A stretch of DNA of 64,000 nucleotides from an uncultured Acidobacteriota bacterium. GTDB taxonomy: Bacteria > Acidobacteriota > Thermoanaerobaculia > UBA5066 > DATFVB01. The notes beneath the pieces are model-generated. The model searched no databases, was not told the DNA's origin, and saw nothing but the letters and a program-made list of their open reading frames with translations. The stretch lies in contig CAWEYG010000002.1 of NCBI GenBank assembly GCA_963813155.1, forward strand, positions 160,001 to 224,000, in the 5' to 3' direction. A program made the translations under genes and the position numbers. Position 1 is the stretch's first letter. The number at the start of each line of letters is the position of its first letter. This document shows positions 27,544-37,548 of the stretch, piece by piece.

Positions 27544-29674
27544 ATGCGGACTCTCTGGATATCGGCACTCGCTCTGGTCCCCGCGGTCCTGGCCGCGCAG
27601 ACGCAGGACCCCGGACAACCTTCTCCCGCTGTCTCGGAATCGGTCGTGGTCTCCGCGACCCGCGGTCCCGAAATCGAAACCGAGATCCCCGGCCAGGCCA
27701 CCGTGATCACGGGCGACGAGCTTCGGCGGGAAAACGTCAAGACCGTCGCCGACGCCCTTCAGGACGTCGTCGGACTCGATACCGGCACGGGCTCCGACAA
27801 CGGCGGCCGCCAGCCGAACGTCGGCCTCTGGGGGCTCAAAGAGTTCGATGCGCTCCTGTTCATGGTGGACGGAGTCCCCGTCGGCGGGCCCTTCAACCCA
27901 TCCCTTTCGCAGATCAACATCGAAGACGTCGACCGGATCGAGATCGTGAAGGGGCCGCAGGGAACCCTCTACGGGGTTTCGGGGTTCGCCGGGATGATCC
28001 AGATCTTCACGAAAGGCGCGTCCGAGGGGACGCACGCGTCGGTCTCCGGCGGCTCCTTCTCCGACGGCCGCGTGGACGCTTCGACAAACTTCAAGCTCGG
28101 CGCTTCGAAGGTGCGGCTCTTCGGCAACCTCGAGCGGTCGAAAGGCTGGCAGGACCGCACGGATTTCAAAGACGATCGCGGCGGGTTTCGCATCGATAAT
28201 CCCCTTCCCGGCGGCGGCAACCTCGCCGTGATCTTCGACGCGTACCGCAACACGCAGTTCTTCGGGTCGCCGCTTCCGGTAGACCCGCCGAGCGGCGAGA
28301 CGATCGAAGGCTTCCGCGTCGACCGCAACTACGAAGTCGGGGGCGCCCGGCTCGACCACCGCCTCTACTCGCTGACGGCGGATTTTGAGAAGCCGATCTC
28401 GAAGAACTTCACGATCCAGAACACCCTGTCGTACACGCACGACGACCAGATCTCCGTTCGATCCTTCGTCGACGCGGGGAGCGTCTCCGACAACACCGTG
28501 GATTCCTCCGGCGTCGCGCTGAAGCCGACCGAAAAAGACTTCTACGAAGACCTCCACTTCACGGCGAATTTCGAGGCCGCGGGCCATCACCGCCTCGTCG
28601 GCGGCGCCGCGCTCACGTGGGGCCGCACCGTCGCGAGCGGGGAGGGATTCGACTTCACGCTGCAACTGGACCCGGTCGCCGTCCCGAACCTCAGCGATAT
28701 CCCCGCGGGAGATCACCGCTCCTTCGTGGACCGGCGAACGTTCTTCGGCGTCTACGCGAACGACGAATGGACTCCGATCGACGCGCTCACGATCACGGCC
28801 GGGGCCCGTTTCGACAGTGTCTCCGAAAGCCTTTTCGCGAAGGGGCAGGAGGTCGGCGATCCCGAGGCGGACGTCTCGCGCGATTCCCGGTCCGACGGAC
28901 AGTGGTCGGGCGGAATCGCGGCGCTTGCGAGGCTGATCGGTGACCGCGCGGGCGCCGTCAACGAGATCAATCTCTACGCCGCCGCGAAGTCCGCCTTCAA
29001 GCCGGCCGCCCCGAACCTGACCGAAGCGGAAAGCGCGACGATCCTGCAGCCGGAAAGAACCCGAAGCGGCGAGATCGGCGTCAAGACGCGCTGGCTCGAC
29101 CACCAGCTGTCGTTCGACCTCTCCCTCTTCCACATGATCTTCGAGAACCTCGTCGTTTCGACCGTCGGTGCCCGACGGCAACCCGGAGCTGGTCAACGCG
29201 GGCAAGGAGCGCTTCCAGGGCATGGAGCTCGAGGCGGGCTACCATCCGGCGGAGCTGCGCGACTTTTCCTTTCTCGCGGGCTACGCCCACCACGACGCGC
29301 GGTACGTCCGGTTCACGTTCATCGATCCGGACGCGGGCCTGCAGGACGCCTCCGGCCAGGAGCTCGAGCTGACGCCCCGGGACCTCTGGAATGCGAAAGC
29401 CGCTTATCACCCGACGCTCGGCCTCGGGGCCTGGGCGGCGGTGCGGCACCAGAACCACCGCCCGTTCGACAAGATCAACATCGCGTACATGCCGTCGTAC
29501 TTCGAATGGGACGCGGGCGTTTCGTGGGACTTCAGTCCCGCCGTGCGGCTCTCGCTCGTCGGAAGGAACCTCGGCGACAGCCGGCACTTCGTGGCCGAAA
29601 GCGAAATCGGCGACGCGCAGAACTACGTGGCTCCCCCACGGAGGTTCCTCGGGGAGCTGAGCGTTCACTTTTGA
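27544..29674 (+). CDS. TonB-dependent receptor; single frameshift near 29170
   Basis: TonB box ESVVVSATR, IEIVKGPQGTLYG, ERTRSGEIGVK, GRNLGD, terminal SVHF; GAGGAGG RBS. Confidence 0.9.
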
Positions 29675-29693
29675 CGAGAGCGGCGGCGAGAAG

Positions 29694-30320
29694 CTAGCGA
29701 GGACGCGCCGCGGGGGCGGAAATCGAGTCGAGGATCATGCCGATCGTCTCGCGGATCTCACGATCCGAGAACGGGGGCGTTCGGCCGGAGCGTATTTCGA
29801 TGAGGCGATCCCGGATCATCCCCTCCGCGGCACCCTCGAGCGCCGATGCGGCCGCGAACTCGTTCACCGAGCCGGCGAAGGCGCCTTCGGCCTTTCCGCG
29901 GCCGATCAGCTGCCGCAGCAGCTCCGAGAACTCGCGGAATCCCTTCGAGAGAGCGACCTGAGGCCCGGGGCCCCGGAGCCGCCTTCCCTCGAAGAGAAAC
30001 AGGAACGCAAGCTCCGGGTCGGAGTCGAGGGCCGTGAGAATCCCGGAAAGGAGCCCTTCGATCGCCTTCCTCGCGGACGGAGCCGAGGCCACGGCGGGCT
30101 TGATCGCCTCGTTCACGGTGTTCCAGCCGAAGTTGAAGACCTCTTCGAGCAGGCCCGCCTTGCCGCCGAAGTAGCGCATCAGCTGCGATTCCGACGTCGC
30201 GGCTTCGCGCGCGATCGCGGACGTCGAGGCCTGCTCGTAGCCGAGCCGCGACATCAGCATCTTCGCGGAGGCCAGCAGGCGCAGGCGGCTGCTCTGGGTC
30301 CCGTCGAGATCGATCGGCAT
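29694..30320 (-). CDS. TetR/AcrR family transcriptional regulator
   Basis: GYEQASTSAIAREAATSESQLMRYFGGKAGLL HTH. Confidence 0.9.
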   Translation of the reverse strand: MPIDLDGTQSSRLRLLASAKMLMSRLGYEQASTSAIAREAATSESQLMRYFGGKAGLLEEVFNFGWNTVNEAIKPAVASAPSARKAIEGLLSGILTALDSDPELAFLFLFEGRRLRGPGPQVALSKGFREFSELLRQLIGRGKAEGAFAGSVNEFAAASALEGAAEGMIRDRLIEIRSGRTPPFSDREIRETIGMILDSISAPAARPR

Positions 30321-30326
30321 CGCGGC

Positions 30327-31655
30327 TCATAGTAGTACCCCCACCGCGGGAGAGTCAAAGATCTCAGCGACCGGAATCCATGTCGCGGCGGCGCCAAAAA
30401 CGAGGACGGTGAGGGGCGCGAGGAGCAGTCGCGGCGCGGACACGAGAATCCAGTCGTGGGGATCGCTGGCGCCGTGCAGGTAACAGAACACGACGAAGAG
30501 GAAGTACAGGAAAGAAAGAACCAGATATCGGACGCCGGCAGCGGGGCGTGGCGACAATGCAATGACACCGAGAAGGGCGAGCCAGGGCAGGAACCACGCT
30601 TCGTAATTGCCCGCGGCCAGCACGCTCGGCACGATGCGTGACAGGTGAACCAGCGTGAACGGCCCGTAGGGATTTGAACGGGAGTACGCCTCGCGGATTT
30701 CCTTCAAATGCCCGATCGCCATCCAACCGAGCAATACGGCGAACGGAATTCCCGCGAGTCGAACAAATCGCCCCCAGCGAATTGCCGGCTTACGGGCAAC
30801 AGAGAACGCCGCCGCCGTCAGCATCGCGAGCGCAGCGCCTTCCACCTTCGTCAACACGGCAGCAGACAGAATGACGCTCGCGAGAAGGTCTCTCCTGCTC
30901 GAAGGCGGCCAGAACGTCAGCAACGCGAGCGCCTGAGCTTCCCAGCACACGAGGAAGACCTCCGCGTTTCCGAGAGAGTTCGTGACGACGAGGCAATACC
31001 CCAGAGTAGTCACGAAGAGGCAGGTAAGGCCCGCAAGAATCGGAGCTCCCACCGACCGCCGTCCGAGCCGCCAGAAGCTCCAGCCCGCCAGCCCCACGTA
31101 AAGCGGCGTCGAGAGGATCGGCGCCCACCAGGAAAACCCCGCCCAGAGCGAGGACCACGCGAAAACCAGGGGGACCAGCGGCGGGTAGTCGGGGTGCATC
31201 AGGAAGTTGTCGCGCGCCGACAAATACCGGAAATCGATCCCGCGGTGCAGAGTGAACCACTGCGCCTTCGGGCCCCAGAAGTAGACGAAGTCGATCGAAG
31301 TCGACGTCGCCGTGATCGCCGCCATCGATACCAGCGCGACTCCCAGGACGCCGAGGGGAACGCCCCAGACCGGCAGCGATGGCAAGCTTGCTTCTCGGCT
31401 CACCCGCAACCGGCGTCTCCCCAGGTGAAGCACGGAGACGGCCGCCAGTGCGAAAAGCGGAACGCCGACGACGAGCGGACTCCAGGAGATCTTCATGAAC
31501 GAGAGAAAAGTCATCTCGACGGTCAGAATCGCGCATCCGGCCGCCACGAGGAGACCAGGCTCAAAAGCCATCGTCTCGTCGATCGCGACGACCACTGACG
31601 CCCCGAAAACCGGAAGAAGAGCGAGAGACGCCGCGTACAGCAGTGCCCGGATCAT
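30327..31655 (-). CDS. Polytopic membrane protein, GT-C fold (ArnT/PMT-like) glycosyltransferase candidate
   Basis: About 12 TM segments; DFVYFWGPKA, HPDYPPLVP, TKVEG; ATGA overlap. Confidence 0.65.
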   Translation of the reverse strand: MIRALLYAASLALLPVFGASVVVAIDETMAFEPGLLVAAGCAILTVEMTFLSFMKISWSPLVVGVPLFALAAVSVLHLGRRRLRVSREASLPSLPVWGVPLGVLGVALVSMAAITATSTSIDFVYFWGPKAQWFTLHRGIDFRYLSARDNFLMHPDYPPLVPLVFAWSSLWAGFSWWAPILSTPLYVGLAGWSFWRLGRRSVGAPILAGLTCLFVTTLGYCLVVTNSLGNAEVFLVCWEAQALALLTFWPPSSRRDLLASVILSAAVLTKVEGAALAMLTAAAFSVARKPAIRWGRFVRLAGIPFAVLLGWMAIGHLKEIREAYSRSNPYGPFTLVHLSRIVPSVLAAGNYEAWFLPWLALLGVIALSPRPAAGVRYLVLSFLYFLFVVFCYLHGASDPHDWILVSAPRLLLAPLTVLVFGAAATWIPVAEIFDSPAVGVLL

Positions 31656-32095
31656 CGAAGCCTGTAGAGAAAGCCGCCCGGCGGCTGAGAAACGAGCCGA
31701 TATCGCGCATCCTGTGTCGGACCTTCGAACGAGGCAAGATATTCCGGCGGATTCGCGGCGCGAACGTTCGAAGGGACGACCCGGCAATTCGGCAGCCGGC
31801 CCGATGCCGCCATGTACGCGTTCTCCACGTCCTGGAATCCCTCGTAACCGGGGCGAAGAAGAGCGACCGTGGCACCTGAGGGAACCTGCCGGCCAATCGC
31901 GTCGATGAAGAGGATCGCCGCTTCGGATGTTCGCGGCGTCGCGCCCGTCCGCGAGAGAATCGTCGCCTCGCGGCGGAACGTGAAGCGCCCCCTCATCCTC
32001 AGGTGACGGGCTCCTGCCCCGAGAAGAGCGAGCCCGCAGACGGCCATCCAGGCGAGAGCCACCGCCTGGCGGCGCGGCGGCGACAGGCTTCTCAT
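31652..32095 (-). CDS. Hypothetical membrane-anchored protein
   Basis: N-terminal TM; TAGAAT 6 nt before ATG; coupled to the downstream gene. Confidence 0.6.
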   Translation of the reverse strand: MRSLSPPRRQAVALAWMAVCGLALLGAGARHLRMRGRFTFRREATILSRTGATPRTSEAAILFIDAIGRQVPSGATVALLRPGYEGFQDVENAYMAASGRLPNCRVVPSNVRAANPPEYLASFEGPTQDARYRLVSQPPGGFLYRLR

Positions 32096-32134
32096 CGCTG
32101 TATTCTATCGGCTCGAAACGCGGGGAGGCTCCCG

Positions 32135-32953
32135 ATGGACTGGAAAGACAATGTCGCGCTGGTGACGGGAGGATCCTCCGGAATCGGAGAGGCCCTCGTT
32201 CGCGAAATCGCCCGGCGCGGAGGCCGCGTCGTCGCCGCGGCCCGGCGCCTCGACCGCCTCGAAAGCCTCGCCGCGGATCTCTCTCGCTCGGGCGCGACGG
32301 TGATTCCCGTCGCGTGCGACGTGACCCGCCGCGAAGACCTCGACGCCGCGGTCGACCGCGCGCACGAGGAATTCGGAAGGCTCGACACGGTGATCGCGAA
32401 CGCCGGATTCGGCGTCGTCGGCAAATTCGAGGCCCTCTCCGTCGACGACTACCGGAGGCAGTTCGAAACGAACGTCTTTGGCGTCCTGAACACGGCGTAC
32501 GCCGCCCTCGAGTCGCTCAAGACGTCGCGGGGACGCCTCGCGCTCGTCGGCAGCGTCGCGGGATACGTGGCGACTCCCGGCAGCTCGCCGTACTCCATGA
32601 GTAAGTTCGCCGTTCGCGCGCTCGCCGGGTCGCTGCGAAACGAGCTCGCACCGCACGGGATATCCGTCACGCACGTCGCTCCCGGCTTCATCGATTCGGA
32701 GATCTACCAGGTGGACAACGCCGGGAGCCTGCACCCGGACTGGAAGAGCCCGGTGCCGGAGTGGATTCGCATGGACACGGGGCGCGCGGCGGGGCAGATC
32801 GCCGCCGCGGTCCTTCGCCGGCGACGCGAGCTCGTCGTCACTGCCCACGGGAAGGCGATCGTTTTCCTCGAGCGGCACTTTCCGGCCGTGCTGCGCGCCG
32901 CCTTTTCGATCGCTCCCGAGGAGCGGCGGAAGCCCCGCGCGCCTTCTCGATGA
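32135..32953 (+). CDS. Short-chain dehydrogenase/reductase
   Basis: TGGSSGIG, NAG, YSMSK, PGFIDS; GGAGG RBS. Confidence 0.93.
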   Translation: MDWKDNVALVTGGSSGIGEALVREIARRGGRVVAAARRLDRLESLAADLSRSGATVIPVACDVTRREDLDAAVDRAHEEFGRLDTVIANAGFGVVGKFEALSVDDYRRQFETNVFGVLNTAYAALESLKTSRGRLALVGSVAGYVATPGSSPYSMSKFAVRALAGSLRNELAPHGISVTHVAPGFIDSEIYQVDNAGSLHPDWKSPVPEWIRMDTGRAAGQIAAAVLRRRRELVVTAHGKAIVFLERHFPAVLRAAFSIAPEERRKPRAPSR

Positions 32954-33230
32954 GGAGCTCGAGCCCGCGCACGTAGCGGGCGAGCGCGCGGCGGCCATCC
33001 GGCGTCAGGCGATATTCCGTCCTTGGGACCCGGCCGGCGAAGGATTTCCTCGACTCGACGAATCCCGCCTGCTCGAGACGCCGCGCGTGAACGCTGAGAT
33101 TGCCGTCCGTCGCGCCGAGCTCGTCCCGGAGCTCTCGGAACGTCCGGGGCCCGCCGGCCGCGAGCGCGCTCGCGATCGCGAAGCGGAGTCTCTGGTGGAG
33201 GACCAGCTCGGGATCCCGTCCGGCTTTCAA
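32838..33230 (-). CDS. Winged-helix transcriptional regulator (HTH_34/ArsR-like)
   Basis: LHQRLRFAI, TFRELR, TDGNLSVHARRLEQAGFV, PRTEYRLT.GR. Confidence 0.85.
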   Translation of the reverse strand: MKAGRDPELVLHQRLRFAIASALAAGGPRTFRELRDELGATDGNLSVHARRLEQAGFVESRKSFAGRVPRTEYRLTPDGRRALARYVRGLELLIEKARGASAAPRERSKRRRAARPESAARGKRSPSRGQ

Positions 33231-34411
33231 GGGGACGTCCTTCGAAGGTAGCCATCGATCCGGAACATTGCGTCGCGAAATTGCGCGGGCGGGACGATCA
33301 GGCTGACGACGAGGTGCGGCCGCTCGCCGAACTCAAAGAACCACCCGGGGGATGTCAGAACGTCTTCCGTCTCCAGGAGCCCGAGGACGACGGCTTCTTC
33401 GTCCATGCCGGGGGGAAGCTCCAGCGGGAGGCTCCAGCCGCCCTCGGGAAACAGCGGGCGAATCCCGCGATCCGCCTCGCCCGTCGGAAAGACCTCCGCA
33501 GCCGCGCCGACGTTCTGGCGAAGCCGCTCCCGGATGCGCTCCGCCGCGGGCCGGCCGACCCGCAACAGTTCGGGAAGCGCAAGCTGCACGGGAGTCCCCG
33601 CCGAAAGGTACGTGTCCGCGATCAACTCGAGACGCTCCGTACAACAGGCGACCGCTTCGTCCGGCCCCCCCACGACGATCCACGCCAGCTTCATCTGCGG
33701 CAGCGCGCACGACTTCGAGAGGCCGCCGAGCGAGAACGTCAGGACGCGCGCGTCCGCTGCCGCAACGCCGAGCCGGGCCTCCGCGGTTTCGGACAGGCCG
33801 AATTCGAAGAACACTTCGTCCGAAATCACGGCGTGCGCAGCGGGGTCGAGCGCCGGAAGAAGCGGCTCGAGATCACCCGTCTTGACGTATGTGCCGGTCG
33901 GGTTGTTCGGGTTCACGAGGAGCAGCGCGCGGGCGCCGCCCTCGAGCCCTTCCGCGACGCTCGCGGAGTCGATCGCCCATCTCCCGCTCGCTCGGCCGAT
34001 CCGGTACGGCCGCCTTCGAACCCCTTCAAGATCGGTCAGATGATCGAACAGCGGATAGCTGGGCTCGGGAACGAGGACTTCGTCCCCCGGATCGCAGAGG
34101 AGCTTGAAGAGAAATCCGTACGCCTCGCTCGTCGACGCCGTCAGGAAGACCCGTTCCGGATCGAGAGTTACGCCACCGCGCGCGTACTCCTCGCACACGG
34201 CCTCGCGCGCGGACAAAAGACCTCGCGCGGCCGGCCGGTATTCGGCGACGCCAGACGATCGCAGCGCGCCGAGGATTTCCTCTTCGGAAGGAGAGAGGCC
34301 GACCGCCGTCGGATTCGTCTCCGTGAGGTCGATGTACGGTCGCGTGCGGGCGCGCAGCGCTCGCGCGATCGCGTTTTCCGCGAAATCCGCGGGCGTGCGC
34401 CGGGAGAACAT
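33227..34411 (-). CDS. PLP-dependent aminotransferase class I/II
   Basis: PEPSYP, NPNNPTG, SDEVF, GLSKSCALPQMKLAW. Confidence 0.9.
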   Translation of the reverse strand: MFSRRTPADFAENAIARALRARTRPYIDLTETNPTAVGLSPSEEEILGALRSSGVAEYRPAARGLLSAREAVCEEYARGGVTLDPERVFLTASTSEAYGFLFKLLCDPGDEVLVPEPSYPLFDHLTDLEGVRRRPYRIGRASGRWAIDSASVAEGLEGGARALLLVNPNNPTGTYVKTGDLEPLLPALDPAAHAVISDEVFFEFGLSETAEARLGVAAADARVLTFSLGGLSKSCALPQMKLAWIVVGGPDEAVACCTERLELIADTYLSAGTPVQLALPELLRVGRPAAERIRERLRQNVGAAAEVFPTGEADRGIRPLFPEGGWSLPLELPPGMDEEAVVLGLLETEDVLTSPGWFFEFGERPHLVVSLIVPPAQFRDAMFRIDGYLRRTSP

Positions 34412-34436
34412 GCCGCGACTCTATAACCTCTTCCGC

Positions 34437-34581
34437 GGGCGAGGGTCGGGAGCAGCCGGGGCCAGAGCGTCCGCGAAGGCTGGTCTTCGAGAACCCGAGG
34501 GAAAGCGAACTGCGGCCGAGGGTCGAGAAGACTTGCCGAGCGGGCGCTGGGGCTTGGCTGCTCCCGGGCCGAGCGAGCCTT
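34437..34581. repeat. Long-hairpin intergenic element related to 5322-5700
   Basis: Perfect 11-bp stem 34447-34457/34556-34566 plus inner stems; 17-mer AAGGCTCGCTCGGCCCG shared with 5322-5338. Confidence 0.65.
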
Positions 34582-35075
34582 TACTTCGCCGGCACGAACT
34601 TCATTGCGCCCGAATTCATGCAGTAGCGCAAGTGCGTCGGCGCGGGCCCGTCGTCGAACACGTGGCCGAGATGGCCGCCGCAGCGCGAGCAGACGACTTC
34701 GTCCCTCACCATGAAGAGGCTGCGGTCCTGCCGGACTTCCACGGCCTCCTTCGCGATCGGCGCCCAGAAGCTGGGCCACCCGGTTCCCGAATCGAACTTC
34801 GTGTCGGAGGAAAAGAGCGGGTTGCCGTCGGCGGCGCAGACGTACGTCCCCTTCTCGTGGTTGTTCCACGTGGCGCCGGTGAACGCCCGCTCGGTGCCGG
34901 CCTGCCGGAGGATCCGGTACTGATCGGGCGTGAGCTCCTTCTGCCACTCGGCGTCGGTCTTGACGATCTTTTCGGGCATTCGTTTGCCTTTCTGGGTCGC
35001 GGCCGGAGCCGCGAAGAGAAGCGAAACCGAGGCCGCCGCGAGGATCGACAGGGCCGCGGTCCTGATCGTGTTCAT
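34581..35075 (-). CDS. msrB: Peptide-methionine (R)-S-oxide reductase, with signal peptide
   Basis: [34 protein letters not shown]. Confidence 0.96.
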   Translation of the reverse strand: MNTIRTAALSILAAASVSLLFAAPAATQKGKRMPEKIVKTDAEWQKELTPDQYRILRQAGTERAFTGATWNNHEKGTYVCAADGNPLFSSDTKFDSGTGWPSFWAPIAKEAVEVRQDRSLFMVRDEVVCSRCGGHLGHVFDDGPAPTHLRYCMNSGAMKFVPAK

Positions 35076-35142
35076 GAGTCCCCCTCCCCCCGGAAAACGG
35101 AGACCCGCTCCCGGAAATTCCGAGCGCCCGACTCGCGGCCCC

Positions 35143-36102
35143 TCACAGGGACCCCGTCCCGAGGCGCAGGATGACCGCGAGCGAGCCCGCCGCGACGAGG
35201 ATCCACAGGAGGAATCCCTGCGCGAGCGGCGTCCAGCCGACTTTCGCCAGGTTCTTCCTCGAGAGCGACGCCCCGATGAGGAAGAGCGTGAGCGTGAAGC
35301 CGACCCGCGCGACGCGGGCGATCCCGGGGCCGGCGTCGGCGATGCCCGGAATCCAGCTTCGCAGCAGACACGCGACGAGAAACAGACCGATGAACCACGG
35401 CACCGTGGCCCGCGGGGCGCTCGCGCCCGGCGCTGTAGTCCCGCGCCGCCGCCAGAGGAGAGCGGCCGCGAGCGAGAGCGGCGCGATCCAGAGGGCCCGG
35501 GCGAGCTTCACCGCCGTCGCCCGCCCGAGGGCCTCGAGGCCGTAGACGGAGCTCGCGCCGACGACGGACGAAATATCGTGGATGGAGATGCCCGCCCAGG
35601 TCCCGAACTGTTCCTGCGAGAGACCGAGCATCCTTCCGAGAGTCGGAAAGAGGTAGAGCGCGGCGCCGTTGAGAATGAACACCGTGCCGATCGCGACGCT
35701 GATCTCCTCTTCCTCCGCTCCGATCACCGTCGAAACCGCCGCGATCGCCGAGCCGCCGCATATCGCCGTGCCGGCCGAAATGAGAATCGACGTCTTTTCC
35801 CCGACGCCGAGCCACTTTCCCGAGACGCGCCCGAGAAGGAGGGTCAGGACGATCGTCGCGGCCGCGAACGCCATCCCCGCGGCTCCGGCCCGAAGCACCG
35901 TGCGCAGGTCCATTCCGAAACCCAGCAGCACGACGGAGGCCTGGAGAAGCAACCGCGAAACCCCCTTCATCCTCACCGGCAGGGCGTCCGGGACGAGGAG
36001 CGCGAGCAGAATTCCGAGCGCGAGCGCGAGCGGCGGAGAGCCCCAGGGAGTCAGGCAGAAAGCCGCTCCGGCGAGCCAGAGGTGACGACGGATCGATTCC
36101 AC
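35143..36102 (-). CDS. YeiH/UPF0324 putative sulfate exporter family membrane protein
   Basis: [42 protein letters not shown]. Confidence 0.9.
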   Translation of the reverse strand: MESIRRHLWLAGAAFCLTPWGSPPLALALGILLALLVPDALPVRMKGVSRLLLQASVVLLGFGMDLRTVLRAGAAGMAFAAATIVLTLLLGRVSGKWLGVGEKTSILISAGTAICGGSAIAAVSTVIGAEEEEISVAIGTVFILNGAALYLFPTLGRMLGLSQEQFGTWAGISIHDISSVVGASSVYGLEALGRATAVKLARALWIAPLSLAAALLWRRRGTTAPGASAPRATVPWFIGLFLVACLLRSWIPGIADAGPGIARVARVGFTLTLFLIGASLSRKNLAKVGWTPLAQGFLLWILVAAGSLAVILRLGTGSL

Positions 36103-36135
36103 TCGCGGACGGTATACCAGATGCGGGACGCGCCC

Positions 36136-37515
36136 TTACTTGGGGGGCGCGGGTTGAGGGGCGCCGGTCTCCGCGGTCCGGGGAAAGAAACTGCGGTTGC
36201 GTCCCAGAGTCTTCGCCCGGTACATGGCCGTATCGGCGCTCTTGAGAAGCTGCTCCGCGGTCGTTCCATGCACGCGGTAGAGCGCGATCCCGATGCTCGC
36301 GGTGACGATCAGCGAAAGGCCGCGGACGGAAAACGGGCGCGAGAACTGGCGCAGGAGTTTTCGGCCCACGAGGTCGGCATCGTCGAAATCGTCGAGCTCC
36401 GGAAAGAGCAGGAGAAACTCGTCTCCGCCGATCCGCGCGACGCTGTCGTGCTCGCGGATGCACCCGCGAAGCCGGTTCGCGACGGTCTTCAACACGGCGT
36501 CGCCGGCGGAGTGTCCGTGGCTGTCGTTGATCGTCTTGAAATTGTCGAGATCGAGAAACATGACGCCGAGGCCCTCGGCGTTGCGGTCCGCGTGCGCGAT
36601 CGCGAGCGAGAGCCGGTCCTCGAACAGGCTCCGGTTCGGCAGACCCGTGAGACCGTCGTGAAAGGCCTGGAAGTGGATCTGCTCTTCCAGAGCGCGGCGC
36701 TGCTCGTCGAAGCGCTTGCGGTCGCTGATGTCGCGGAAATTCGCGATCAGCCCCTCGATCCCGACGTGGTGGTACCGATTCGTTCCGATGCCTTCCATCC
36801 AGCGCCAGGATCCGTCCAGGTGACGAAGGCGAAACTCCGTTCGCACGACCGCGTCCGGGGTGCGGCTGCATTCTTCGAACAGCCTGCCCGTTTCCTCGAG
36901 GTCTTCGGGATGAACGAAGCCGAACGCCGACTTTCCGACGAATTCCTCCAGAGCGTAGCCGAGTAGCCTCGTCACCGCCGGGCTCGCGTACGTGATCATT
37001 CCCTCCCGGTCGAGAAGCGCGATCGCGTCGTAGCTGTTCTCGATCAGGGCGCGGTGCCGCTCCTCGCTTCGGCGGACCTTTTCCTCCGCTTCCCGGCGCA
37101 GCCGTTCTTTCTCGGCGAGATCGAGAGCGCGCCGAACGGAGTGATGGATCGAATCGATCGTGAGGTGCGATTTCACGAGATAGTCGGCGGCGCCGGCCTT
37201 CATCGCCTCCACGGCGAAATCCTCGCGGCCCTGGCCCGTGATCACGATCGCCGGCGCCTCGATTCCCTGCTGGCGCGCTTCGGCGAGAAGGTCGAGGCCG
37301 GTTCGCCCGCTCGCGAGGAGATGATCGAGCAGCAGCACGTCGAAGTGTTTGCGGCCGAGAAGATCGACCGCCTCTTCGAACGACGACGCCTCGCCGACTT
37401 CGACCGGCGGCCCGAAATCCGCGTCGACAAGAGCGTCGCGCAGCGACGAGCGCATGCCCGCGTCGTCCTCCACGAGGAGAAGATGAATCTTCGCGGCCGC
37501 CGTTCGGAGTGTCAT
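36136..37515 (-). CDS. Diguanylate cyclase, REC-PAS-GGDEF
   Basis: REC LLVEDD..LLD..K; PAS HPED; HDGLTGLPNR, RIGGDEF. Confidence 0.93.
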   Translation of the reverse strand: MTLRTAAAKIHLLLVEDDAGMRSSLRDALVDADFGPPVEVGEASSFEEAVDLLGRKHFDVLLLDHLLASGRTGLDLLAEARQQGIEAPAIVITGQGREDFAVEAMKAGAADYLVKSHLTIDSIHHSVRRALDLAEKERLRREAEEKVRRSEERHRALIENSYDAIALLDREGMITYASPAVTRLLGYALEEFVGKSAFGFVHPEDLEETGRLFEECSRTPDAVVRTEFRLRHLDGSWRWMEGIGTNRYHHVGIEGLIANFRDISDRKRFDEQRRALEEQIHFQAFHDGLTGLPNRSLFEDRLSLAIAHADRNAEGLGVMFLDLDNFKTINDSHGHSAGDAVLKTVANRLRGCIREHDSVARIGGDEFLLLFPELDDFDDADLVGRKLLRQFSRPFSVRGLSLIVTASIGIALYRVHGTTAEQLLKSADTAMYRAKTLGRNRSFFPRTAETGAPQPAPPK

Positions 37516-37548
37516 CTCGTCAACAGATGGTAGCGCTACCCTCCGGAA

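Noticed and set aside
29160-29180. Programmed frameshifting in the TonB receptor, accC or the BNR protein
   Set aside because: No slippery heptamer or homopolymer tract at these sites; many independent indels point to sequencing error
25303-29223. Very long antisense ORFs (also 7981-11343, 42326-45049 and 55957-61050)
   Set aside because: Shadow ORFs opposite well-supported genes; expected at high GC with strong codon bias; no motifs
32838-32953. 116-bp convergent overlap of the SDR and winged-helix genes
   Set aside because: Low-complexity run-on tail, common when stop codons are scarce at high GC
34820-34845. MsrB first Zn motif reads CAAD rather than CxxC
   Set aside because: Variation in MsrB zinc ligands is known; the catalytic RYCMN motif is intact
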